DNA from: Octopus bimaculoides | Taxonomy: Eukaryota | Reading direction: 5' to 3' | Length of the DNA stretch: 64,000 bases | Assembly (NCBI RefSeq): GCF_001194135.2 | Contig: NC_068985.1 | Coordinates: 80,882,061-80,946,060 of the forward strand | Part shown: one piece after another, positions 25,389 through 37,783 of the stretch | How the letters are laid out: every line of letters starts with the position of its first letter | Numbering within the stretch: position 1 is the stretch's first letter | Notes under the pieces: model-generated | What the model was told of the DNA's origin: nothing | The model's database searches: none | The model's input: the letters and a program-made list of their open reading frames with translations, nothing else | Translations under genes and position numbers: made by a program

Positions 25389-26150
25389 ATGGTTAGACAA
25401 AATAATGGAAGCACCTTAAAATTTCAAGCAACTCTTGTTTAATATATGGCAGGACTGCCTATCGCAGAAATTACAGCTTGAATTTCTTCAAGGTATGGAC
25501 TTGTACAAAGTTTGAATTGTTTTGGAAGAAACTTTTGCCCAGTCTGCAGCTAAAACAGTCTTCAGTTCTCGTAGTCATGGTGTTGGAGGTTATCGACACC
25601 TTACTTGTTTTTCTAAAATTGGGCCAAGATATAGCCCTGCAGATCATCACAGATCCTCCTCCATGTTTAACAGTTGGAAGAAAGCAGTCTGGGTCAAATG
25701 CGTCTTTTGGCTGTCTCCACACGTATACTCAGCCGCTAGTCAAAAATAAGGTAAAAGATGACTCATTCGAGAAAACAATGTTCTTGCACTGCTTTAGGGG
25801 CCAATTCTGTAGGTTTCTATTCCACTCTAAACACTGCGCAACGTTTGTTTTTGAAAGTAGTGGTTTTCTGATTGCAGCCCTCCCATGAAATCTAGATTTG
25901 TGCAGCTATGTGAAAGTTTTGGTTTTCTTCTGGAGTTTTGTTTTGACGAAGAGGTTTTTTCCCTCTTTCTCAAAGGCTGTCATTACTTTCGCGACACTAC
26001 TTCTTGATACACAAAACATTTTGGCTGTTTTCATTATGTTAGTGCCTCCCATATGAACACCAATAATTTGATCTCTTTGATAGTCCAATAAATCTATCAT
26101 TTTAATGAATTTTAATTACCTTTTGCTAATGATATCTGAAAAGAAACAGC
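25388..26150 (-). mobile_element. Second Tc1 copy of the same family, internally deleted
   Basis: Same right end as 22409 (gacaaaataatggaagcacc); PTVKHGGGSVMI; N-terminal HTH-like RDQIIG...KTAKMFCVSRSSV. The segment holding the second D is missing. Confidence 0.85.
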
Positions 26151-26182
26151 AATTGTAGCAAAACATATTAAGCAACACTAAT

Positions 26183-26187
<5 letters not shown>

Positions 26188-26273
<86 letters not shown>

Positions 26274-26414
26274 TTATGCATACATACATATATATACACA
26301 TATATATACATATATATGTATATATGTATATATATATATATATATAAGTATATATACATATATATACACACATATATATATATACACATATATATGTATG
26401 TATAAGTGTATATA

Positions 26415-26446
<32 letters not shown>

Positions 26447-26478
26447 AGTATATATACATATATATACACATATATATG

Positions 26479-26514
<36 letters not shown>

Positions 26515-26625
26515 TATGTATATATATATATGTATATATACACATATATGTATATATATATATACATATATATATGTGTGTGTGTGTATATATGTATGTA
26601 TCTATGCATGCATTTATGTACATGA
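26188..26625. repeat. Long compound (TA)/(TACA) microsatellite
   Basis: More than 400 bp of dinucleotide-derived repeat. Confidence 0.95.
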
Positions 26626-28890
26626 ATATATTTCAATTTGATACTACAAGCAATAGACCTGTGTATGTTTGTTTTCAAACTCAGAAATAAAATTTGGAAA
26701 AGTGATTTAAAAGAAGAATGTGAACCTCCAATCACACTCACACATGCTTGTTATTGTGATGTCTTCTCTTTATGGAAAATAACATTTGTATATTCTGTCT
26801 GATACACATATACAGAGACATATAAAAACATATGCACTTGTACACACTTGCGCATATACACACTGGAAAATACATGCACACACACTCTCTCACAGACACA
26901 CACATATGTGCACATACACATATGTGAGCACACTCTATGTTTGTTTCCTGTGAAATATTTTATTATTTCACTATTTATTATAATCATTTTATTTTCTGCT
27001 CAATATTACTGCAAATAATAAAAGAAAATATTAACTATTCTCTGAATGCAACCAACTACAGTTACTCAGACGACTCCCAACTTTGAGAACTGAGAGAGCA
27101 GACTTTGCGGTATGTGTTTATTAGTTAATTTAACTGACTGCTGTGTGATGGCAACTAACTGCTACATCAAATTCTCTTCATCCTCCATCACCATCACTGC
27201 TTCAAGTTTGTCACTCACTCTGTAGAGAGCTGCTGTTTTTGTTGCTGGTTGTCATTTAGCGCTAGGTCAAACCTGATCCACTAGACCTTATTATCAAAAG
27301 CATTCCAACCATATCTAGGGCTCCAGTATGTCCTTTGATTTTCTTTTTAAGATAGCAGACAATGATTTCAGGGTGAGTTGGCTGTTATTTCTTGCAGTTA
27401 AAACCCCTGCTCAAAGTCTGATGCCCCCTCATTGATTGCAGAGTTATTCACAGTCTGGATTTTTGCAGGAAAAAAAAAAATAATAAAAGAGGAAATGGAA
27501 AAAGGGGAAAAAAAGGACATTTCACGTTATTGTTAGCCTCCAGAGTAACAAATCATTTATATTATCTTCGCTGAAACAAAACAATGTTTCCAAAGTTTGT
27601 TAATTAATCTATGAATATATGGAAGTAAGAAAGGGAGCTGATAATTAAAGGGTTTTAAGAGTATTGATCCCTACTTTGAACTTGTCGCAAAAAAAAACCA
27701 AAAAACAAAAAACGAAAACAAACAAGGTTTGTTAAAAACATGTTAATTTACTATTCTATTAGAAATATTTCCATTCCACTTTATTTAATTATTATTTATT
27801 ATATTTTTTCTTACTCATTCTAGCCAGTTGGCTATATTTTGGGGAAATTGTTTTATAAAGTATAAAAATTTGTATTCTTTTATTCCTTGTTGTTGGGTGA
27901 TTTTTGTTTGGCATTATATTTGATAGAATTGCATCATTGCAAATATTCTTATTAACTGAGACAGTGGTTGCAGCTTTGTAGGACTTTGTTGTGTGTATAT
28001 TTATATTTAGTTGGAGGAAGTGTAGCAGCACACACCTTTGCATGCCATCTCATACCAGGGAACCTGTGGGATAAAATATCAACAGTGAGGAAATCTCAGA
28101 GCATAGAGTTCTGGAAAGAAAAGGCTGAGAAAAATATAAAGCAGGGTTTTTGGTGTGAGATGCAGTAGTTATGTTGTAGATATGTGTGCAGTGCACAAAA
28201 AGTCTTTCCAATTAAGTTTTGTGGTGTTTAGATAAGAAAACCTCTCATCCTGATCACTTCCAAACTATTTTGTTGTTCTGAAGAGGAAGTGTGTCTTTTG
28301 GAAATCCACATGCTAAAATATGGATAGATACATACTTGAATGCAAATTCATTTAGATACAGTCACACACATTTTTTTTTCTTCTCTGACAAAGAAAGCTA
28401 TCCATAAACATTAGTTTTCATTTCCTCTCACAACATGCTAACATATATCTCTCCTTTTTTATTTCCAGTCTTTCACTACCCCTGCCAACTCTTATGACTA
28501 TTCTTATTGACTCATGGCTAAATATGTATAGGGACCATTGTTATATTTTAGTTATCATTGTGCATTTTGCAGTCTTGTTCAGAGTTTGATGTAACTTTAA
28601 TTGAATTATTAGATACTGAATTTGAGGCTGTCTGCTTTTAAGGAGACTGCTATTTTCTTTATATTTCATAATGGTTAAGCATTATAAGACTGTAAACCAA
28701 AAATAATACATTTTTTAATAAAGGTTTTTGTGTACAACTAATGGGAAGAGTAATGAAATTTTAAGATAATGAAGTAGATTTGGTTAAGAGATTAAAATAT
28801 ATACTGTACTGAGCAAATTTATGTGCAGTTGGGAGAAAGAGAAAATGAAAAAGTTATGGAGTGACCTAATGTATGTATATATCTATATAT

Positions 28891-28926
<36 letters not shown>

Positions 28927-28974
28927 ATGTAAGTATGTGAACATATAAATTATATGTTTATATATGTTTATATA

Positions 28975-29027
<53 letters not shown>

Positions 29028-29175
29028 GCATGTGTGTATGTATGTATGTATGTATGGGAATGAGCCACNNNNNNNNNNTATATATATATATATATATATA
29101 TGAATGTATACATGTATATGCTTATATATGTATATATGTGTGTATGTATATGTATATATATATGTATGTATTTGC

Positions 29176-29245
<70 letters not shown>

Positions 29246-29599
29246 GCATGTGTGTATGTATGTATGTATGTATGGGAATGAGCCACTACGTCTAAGTTAT
29301 CAGCAAAAATAATTTTGCCAATACACCTATTGATACACTTTGTTATGCCTCTTAGTTTACATATGTTCAACACCTCTCCATCCACTCATGGACAAATATT
29401 TACACATCATGTAATAAGTACACTTGAAGATATCCAGAAAATTGTACACCTTTTTCAGTGTGTGGCATGAGTTTTTAGCTTACCAAGAAATTAAAAAATA
29501 CTGAAGTCTTGTACCAACCTTAATCTAGAGTGCTGGAGCACAAACATCCAATCATCATGTTTGCAAATTAGCCCCTTTGTGTGGTGAAAATGTTCATAT

Positions 29600-29980
29600 T
29601 TTTATACAGTATTATTTGTGAGAACGGTCTGGACAGAGAAATGGATTGCAATGCACAATCAACTACAGTCACCCTTGAGAAGTTCAGTGATTGATTATAG
29701 AAAAACATGGCATTATACTGTCCGCAAAATGCACAGTTTAACTAGAAGTCATACTATCCTCCTTCTCTCTTATATCAGTTATATTCTACTGAGTCCTATA
29801 CTCTTTATTGTCAGCTTATAAAAAAATTTGCTGACGTGTCAATTGCATCAGTTCTCTGCCATTGCAGACAATGGTAGAGGGCTATAAAGAATGGTGTAAA
29901 TGTTGCCAAGTCAAATTGGATGAAAGAACTGGAAGACAAGAGACTAGAACAAGATCCCCTATACCAGGACTAATTGATAG
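29600..29980 (+). pseudogene. Possible ancient LINE remnant
   Basis: VIDYRKTWHYTVRKM...HTILL loosely resembles the post-RT region of RTE-type ORF2. Confidence 0.3.
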
Positions 29981-30199
29981 TATCCTATGATACTTGTAAC
30001 CAGGTTGTGCCAGTATCTTTGGTTTGTAATGCCAGAAAAGAGTTAAACATTGTTTATGAAGTTATACAACACACACACGCATATACATGTACACACACAT
30101 ACACACACACTCTCTCTCTCTCTCTCTGTATATGTGTGTGTGTGTGTGTGTGCATGTGTATGCATGTGTGTGTGTGTGTGTGTGTTTTTGTGTAGTCAA

Positions 30200-30455
30200 A
30201 CATCATAGCTAAACAAAATCTCCCTGCCTACCACATCATTATAAGTGACACTCAAGAAGTGTATCATTGGTGATTTTCTTTCTCCGTCTTCCCTTCTTTG
30301 GACATTTTCTATATTTCTGATGAAGAGCTCCGCTTGAAACGTGAAATTCTCTTTTTTTTTCTTACCTTTCCTAAGCGTCCAGTAACACTGTACTTATTCC
30401 ACGTCCTCACGTTGTTGTTTTTTCATGTTTTTTCTTGCTTGTTCATGTTTGGATT

Positions 30456-30458
<3 letters not shown>
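30200..30458 (+). mobile_element. PLE-type terminal fragment with minimal hammerhead motif
   Basis: attt-CTGATGA-a-gagc/tcc/gctt-GAAA-cgtg-aaat at 30313-30347; runs into (TA)n. Confidence 0.55.
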
Positions 30459-30494
<36 letters not shown>

Positions 30495-30887
30495 AGTGTG
30501 TGTGTGTGTGTGTGTATGCATGTACTAAAAAGTTGCTCTCTCAAAATGTAATTGTGTAACAGCAGAACAGTTAGCCTTTGGCTGGAACTCCAAGTAAATC
30601 CATGTACATCCTACTTTCAGTCAGGTTTTAGCATAGATTATTCTCCAATTTTCATTTGATATTATGTACAGTTGAATTGATGACAGAGTGTATGTCCAAG
30701 ATCTGAATAAAACTGGGGATCTGGTTACAAAACATTTGTGATGTCATAATAAATTTTTGTAGCTGAATCACCAGTTTTATTCTGAGGTTTTGTGTGTGTG
30801 TGTGTATACACAAACATACATACACATGTCTCTCTGTCCGTCTGTGTGTGTGTGTATATATATATGGCAAATGAAAGACAGAAGATG

Positions 30888-30915
<28 letters not shown>

Positions 30916-30927
<12 letters not shown>

Positions 30928-32271
30928 ATTCTGTTTTGGAATTGGATCTTGATCTACATATAAAGCCATAGATGTAAATATTGGCCTGAAAACCCTTTTT
31001 GGGTCCCCTCTAACAGCCTTCAGCTTGCTCCATCCAAAAGGGTTTCGCATCCCAATAATTACATGCTTTCATTTATAGCTTTATATGTACTTCAAGATCG
31101 AATTCCAAAAAGACAAATTATTTTATGTTCTCTTGAAAAGTTCATACATTCTTCTGATAAATTAGATATATTCAGTGTTTTCGTAGCAAGTGCAAAAATG
31201 ATCACGATGAAATGGTGCAGTGCTGGACAGCCAGCTGAATGCTTTATTTGTTAAAATTACATTGTTAACATTGAACTCTGTTCACAGTCAATATATTATA
31301 AACCAAATAAGGAAGCATCTATGCTTGACTTGCCTGAAGCAGTAATTACATTGTACTCTGCTTTTATGGTTTCTGATGTGTTACAAGATGCTGATGTATT
31401 ACAAGATGTAGGTAGGAATATGTGGAAAATAATATACTTTATTTTTAAGAAATATGTATAATATAAACAAAAATTTTGAATATAAAGTTTTAATAACACT
31501 GTAACAAAATTATAATTTTCTTTTTTTCTTTTGTCTTTGGTCAGAAAACGTTATTTCCTATTTGTTTCTATCTAGAAATCAAAGGAAATGACTACTATTC
31601 TTTTCAAACTTTGCTTTTCTGACCTGGACACCAATGTTTCGAAATTGACCTATTTTCCATTAAATTTCAGACAGATTATATTATTATAGCAAATATTCTG
31701 CTCAATACCACAGATTAGCTTGTCAATCGCTTGACCTCAACCAGTGACCCAAATATGTGCCATGAGTAAAAAATGGTTGTGAACCACTGTATTGAGTAGT
31801 ATAGTCCCTGATATACAAATTGAAAGGATGGTCATGGCTGGAGTGCAATTACTCTTGGTCCATTTTGGTCAGAATCAGCCTAGAGTTAAACATTAACACC
31901 AAATATAATTAACTCTCAATAACTCAGTTTTCTTAATTTTAAGTTTGATCAAGGTGATACAGTTCCTTTCTCTCAAGCAATCACAACACTAAAATTAATT
32001 CCCATTTTGTAACCTTGCATTTTGTGTTCAGCTTCTGCTAGTGTCATACAAAAAATTCTGTTGTGTCTTACTAGCTTTGTCTATATGTTTGAGTGAACTC
32101 TAGCAATCACCATTAACTTTGATTCTCAATTATGAGGGATGAAAGAAGCGTTTTAGGAGCAAGATGAAGGCTGTTAGAGGGGACCCAAAAAGGGTTTTCA
32201 GGCCAATATTTACATCTATGGCTTTATATGTAGATCAAGATCCAATTCCAAAACAGAATTATTTCATATAT
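30916..32271. repeat. 116-bp inverted repeat pair (30916-31031 / 32156-32271)
   Basis: Arms are reverse complements with one mismatch seen. Confidence 0.9.
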
Positions 32272-32274
32272 GTT

Positions 32275-32645
32275 TTGATGGCAAGCTGGCAGGATTATTA
32301 GCATGTCAGGAAAAGTGCTGAGTGGTATTTCGTCCATCTTTACATTCTGATTCAAATTCTGCCAAGGTTGACTTTGTAATTGGCTTGTCCCTTCCCCTGA
32401 AATTGCTGGCCTTGTCCCAAAATTTGAAATCAATATACTTACTGTTTTCCTTGACTCTTAACTACTAGACCCTCTAATAGTTCCACCAATCTCCCACTCT
32501 AGATTGATATTCTTTTATTGATTCTGAAAGAATGAAAGGTAAAGTTGACCCCCAGCAGTATTTGAAATCAGAGTGCAGAAGGTCAGAATAAATACCACCT
32601 GGCACTTTATCCAATACTTTAATAACCTCTGCCAATTCACCACCT
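32275..32645. mobile_element. Two decayed SINE family B copies (32275-32432 +, 32505-32645 -)
   Basis: gcaagctggcagga...ctgattcaaattctgcc and aaaggtaaagttgacc...tttgaaatcaga motifs. Confidence 0.6.
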
Positions 32646-33239
32646 CAACTAACCAGTACTTTATGCTTTACCCATGCTGGTATTTTGATTCTAATCTACT
32701 GAAAACTTTTCTATAACTCTTTTACAGAATCTGGTGAGAACTGAGATAATGACTTGTAGTCATCTTAGTACCACAAGTAATATTTATTGTATTTAAGTTC
32801 AACACTAAATACTTCACTGTTGTACAGTTAGAAAAGTCTTCTTTTGCTGCTGGGGAAATTGCTAGCTTCCTTTACTCTCTTGACACAAAATTTTAACTAG
32901 TTACTACCATCAATGAATGTTTAATAATCACGAAGTAAGCCACTGTCTGCTTCAAATATTTTATTTCATTTAAAGAAGAATCTAATATACCTCCCAAACA
33001 AAAAAAAGATGCTAATGTGCTCAAGGTATGGTCAGTCTTGAGCCATGGAGAGTATAGAACAAGTTGGTTCCAACCAGCAGAAAATATAAGTACTACTTGA
33101 GAAGTGATCTTGCTAAGTATGGAAAAGAAATTGGTAAGAACTTAGTATTGCATATACATTGCAAGCAATGGGTGCAAGAAAAGTACTGTAATAAAATTCT
33201 ATATTTTTGAGATGAGGAATTTATATTATATATACTATT

Positions 33240-33520
33240 TATATTAGTCAGGCTGGTGTCCTCATATTGATTGTTATTTTCACTATACTTTGGCTGTTGT
33301 GCTCACCAGCTTTCTTCAGGTGCCTTGTGTTGAACTTGGTTGTTGTGTTGTAATTTCAGACCTAACGCTTTATTTGTTCCAGGGTGGGTACACTGTTCTC
33401 ATTCTACTCACTGCATTTCCTGACATTCTTTTTCTTTTTTTCAAATAAAGGGTTAGGTTTGAAATTCTACTACAACAACTAAGTTCAATAGAAGACACCT
33501 GAAGAAGGATGGGGCATACA
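33240..33520. mobile_element. Back-to-back PLE-type termini with degenerate hammerhead cores
   Basis: Arms 33306-33375 and 33443-33512 are diverged inverted copies, each with cac-CTGAAGA-a. Confidence 0.55.
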
Positions 33521-33679
33521 GTGGCTAATATGAACAGTAAAATACTGTAAGATCATTGCAAAATAAAATACTGTAAAAATAAAATATTGTAAGATCATTG
33601 CAAAACTGTTTTGACATTATGAAGATGCACCTGGAGAGCAGAAATAGCGAACACATTAGAAATTTGAATAAATTTGCCT

Positions 33680-33857
33680 AGTACCTATTTTTAAAGTACT
33701 TATTCTGTTAGTCTGTTTTGTTGAACTGGTAAGTTACAGTGATGTAGAGAAACCAGCACTAGTTGTCAAGCAAGTAGAAGAGGAGCATAGAGGCAAATAT
33801 AACACAAATACAAAGATACAATCACCTACACTCTCTCTCTTTCTTTCTCTCTCTCTT

Positions 33858-33932
<75 letters not shown>

Positions 33933-33988
33933 CTCTCTCTCTCTCTTTCTCTCTCTCTCTATCTCTCTTTCTTTCTCTCTCTCTCTCT

Positions 33989-34021
<33 letters not shown>

Positions 34022-34190
34022 ACACACACACACATGCATATGTGATGGGCTTCTTTCAGCTCCTCTCTACCAAATCTACTTTCAAGGCTTTGGTTGGCCC
34101 AGGGCTGTAGTAACAGACACTTACCCAAGGTGTCATACAGTGGAACTAAACCTGGAACCATGTGGTTGGGCACCAAGCTTGTTACCTGCT
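33680..34190 (-). mobile_element. SINE family A with internal ~190-bp (CT)n
   Basis: Tail at 33680-33790 and head at 34040-34190 flank the (CT)n/(CA)n tract. Confidence 0.75.
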
Positions 34191-34319
34191 CCGTCATTGG
34201 TTATTTAGGTAATAAAATTACTGTTGGAACTGGTTGTAGGAAAAGTATAACTAAAATGCTAGAGTATTGTAGAAATTCAAAAGACTAGTATATTTGACAG
34301 TGACATGGTATTTCTGTCT

Positions 34320-34397
<78 letters not shown>

Positions 34398-36823
34398 TTC
34401 TCTTTTTGTTTCTTTCTGTCTCTTTCTGTCTCTGATTCTCTCTCTCTGTAAAGCAAAATGATAGCAACAACCAAGCTAAAGCATGTTTTAGAAGTGTAAC
34501 GTTGACTAGGAGTAGTGGCAGCAGTGGTGATGGTGGTAGTAGTAGTATTAGTGTGGTGGTGATGGTTGTTATTATTGATGTTGCTGTCATCATCTTCATC
34601 ATCATTATTATCAATAAGCAGGGCCGTCACATGACTTTTAGAGGCCCCCTGCAACTTTTTGTTTCGAGGCTCCATCTTTTCAATCAAAATTCATAATCTA
34701 CGCACCTTTTATTGGTAGCTATATTTTACTTTATTCTATCTGAAGTTCTATATTTCACATTATCCTAAAGAACATCTTTAAAAGTACAAGTTAAATTTAT
34801 TTAGGGCTGGAAATACCATATTAATTCATGCTTAGGAAGGCCAATATTTAATAGGGTTAATGGATCTTGTTAATAAAAGCTTTTTTTTATTATACATTTC
34901 TCCTATTGCTTCCAACAATGATTAGTATGTACATATGGTATTTATTTACAGCAAAATCATTTGAGCCACCAGAAGAAACCATGTGCCTGACAAAGCATAC
35001 CACTGGTGACAAAGTGCATTCTAAGAATCTTTTGTCTACTCATCCAACACCTTATTGCCTTGGCCAGCTGTGGCTGCTCGTACTTTAAGTTTGACAGATT
35101 CTTGCCTGTCTGTTTACAACCACTAGGTCAATCTATTGTATTCAGTTCTCACAGAGTATTATTACTCTGACTAGGATTATTTGAAACTCCTGTGGAATCC
35201 TAGATTGCTGTTAAATTTTGCTAAGATTCCTTTCTATGCACAGTCTAACCCTATCATTAAACTTAAGATGAAATAAAGATGTACAAAAAGAACTACCTTT
35301 CCCCACAACATCTTATTAGAATGTTCTTCCCCATTCTTCAACTACTATGTCAAATCAATGTGCCAGAATCCTGATTGGTTTATTTTCTTAATAATCACAT
35401 CTTTTAATCCAATTCTAATTATTCTATAGCTTTAGATATTGAAATCCTGGCAAGGAAAGTGCCAAAAAGTTACTGGTTCACGGCAACCAGTCAAAAGACA
35501 AATATTTGCATTTTAAAAGCTTTAAAATTTAAACAATGGATAAAATTTGATTGGAATTTTAGTGAAAAGGAGAAAGTTTGCAGAGCCTCAATATTGTTTC
35601 TTTACATAAATGAAATAAAAGATTTTTGTTTTGGATAATAAAAGATCAAGAGTAATTAAACCAGTAATGTTTGTTCTTGTTAGTATGATTTATTTTAACT
35701 TCCTTTGCCGATATTTTAAAAAGCTCCCATTTATATTACTCTGCAGATATTATTTTCGGTGCTGTGAGTAGTTAAATAAAGTCTACAACATGAAGTTTAC
35801 AGCATAAACAAAGATAAATTTGTTATAAAAGAAATATTGAATGAGTATCTGTTTATTTCTTGTAATCTATGACCATAATTACACAATATTCATATTTTAC
35901 ATTGTCCCCAAACCAAATGAGATTGAGGAACATAATGTTGATTCTAGCCTGATATGAAATCGATCTCTCATTAAAGTAAATGTTAATTATTCTGGTTTTC
36001 ATTATCAAAAGTTATGTTCAAAACCAGGCCAGCTTCATGGTTCTGAACACAACTTTCCAGTAATGAAGTCGGTACATTGATTGTTGTGAATGTTTGTTGC
36101 AAACACAGCTAACCGTATTTCAAGTCGGTGATACCAATTGCTTTAAAGTGTCAAATAATTAAAGCAGAGCATATTATTTATTTCTTTATATAAATTTTTT
36201 TTTAGTCTTTTTTTTTTAAGATGAATAATCAATTGTCACGGCAACTGATATTAATAAAATAATGCTAGACATTTCCCCCACTATTGCTACATCTACTGTG
36301 TTGTAAGGCAGTAAATTGTAAATTTAAGACTTATATCTCTTAAATATTTGAAAATCGAACTCCTATTTTAATTTAACCCTTTTAGTCTTCTTTTTCATTC
36401 TAATTTGCATCAAAAGTGATTAAAATGAAAACTATAGAATCATTATCATAATTTGTACAGTAAGGAAGACTGTAATATTATTATCATAATTGGTAAGGAA
36501 TTGGAAAGCAGTATAATTAACATAATTGATGCGAATGATTTAGCTTTGCTGGCAATTTTTACACAGGAGACAAATTATCATATATAGAGAATATTATCTA
36601 AGTTACCAGGCCCTCATTTCAAACCATCTAATTGTGAATAAACTTATATTCTACAGTTATGTACTGAGTTACCATTCAATTGTACACATTAATTTATCAT
36701 CACCTCATGCACATCCATGCACATTCTTGGCCAACCCAGGCTATTAAGGAGAATCAGAAGTAAAAGCAATGAATGTAATACTTTATATACAAACATATAT
36801 GTGTGTGTGTGTGTCTGTGTGTC

Positions 36824-37126
36824 AGTCATGGGTGTGTGGTAAGAAGCTTGCTTCTCAACCACATGGTTCTGGGTTCAGTCCCACTGCATGGCATCTTGGG
36901 AAAATATCTTCTACTATATCCTCAAGCTGACCAAAGCCTTGTGAGTGGATTTGTTAGTCAGAACTAAAAGAAGCTCATCACGTGTGTGTGTGCGTGTGTG
37001 TGTATGTGTGTGCACACGTGTTTGTGTTTGTATTTGTTCTCCAGCACTGCCTGACAACTGGTATTGGTGTGTTTACATCCCTGTATGTTAACAGTTTGGC
37101 ACTGGTTGTCACATGGTAGTAGCGGA

Positions 37127-37157
<31 letters not shown>

Positions 37158-37270
37158 CAGGCTTTAAAAAATACAAGGACTGCAGTTGATACATTTGGCT
37201 AAAAATTCTTCAAAGCAGTGCCCCAGCATGGCTGCTGTCTAAAGACTGAAACAAATAAAAGGTAAGAGGT
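36824..37270 (+). mobile_element. SINE family A, full length
   Basis: Head, (TG)-rich slot and tail are present. Confidence 0.85.
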
Positions 37271-37386
37271 AAATAGTTAGAAGATTTATATATATATATA
37301 TTTTAAATATATAATTTTAAATATAATTATAATTAAGGGCTTTGGAATGCTAGTGCCTACACGCTAAAAAGTAGATGTCAAATACC

Positions 37387-37507
37387 TACAATCCACTCTA
37401 AATCAGTTCTCTATTTTTATAACTCTAGGTCGAATGCGTGGTATGCCCATTATCTTGCATTCGACCTTGTGTTATAAAAATAGAGAACTGATTTAGAGTG
37501 GATTGTA
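37387..37507. repeat. 121-bp hairpin, probable TA-flanked MITE
   Basis: 51-bp arms with 2 mismatches, 19-nt loop, TA at both ends. Confidence 0.8.
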
Positions 37508-37560
37508 TGAATGAAACTTTATGCGTGGTGCAACAACATAATAAAAACAGATGAATGTTC

Positions 37561-37783
37561 TATTGGGTACTGCTACAATTGTTTCATTAAGAGTATTGCT
37601 GTGACAAAAGCATGCTACAGTCTGGTATGTAGTAAACACAACTTCCATAAATCCATAAGATTACGTCACACATTACACAACTCTCAGCTCATCAGGCTTA
37701 AGAAATACACAAGTGAGCTGTGATATGCTGATGAATCATCAGATTATGAGCTGTCAGTTCATCGTTTGTAGCAGTACCAAATA
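37561..37783. mobile_element. Possible MITE
   Basis: 18-bp terminal inverted repeat tattgggtactgctacaa / ttgtagcagtaccaaata (1 mismatch). Confidence 0.35.

Noticed and set aside
22409-26150. One Tc1 element split by the RTE/PLE insertions
   Set aside because: Both fragments carry the same right end and the transposase C-terminus, so they are two copies.
28985-29290. ~80-bp direct duplication ending gggaatgagccac on both sides of a 10-N gap
   Set aside because: Typical contig-overlap artefact in a microsatellite.
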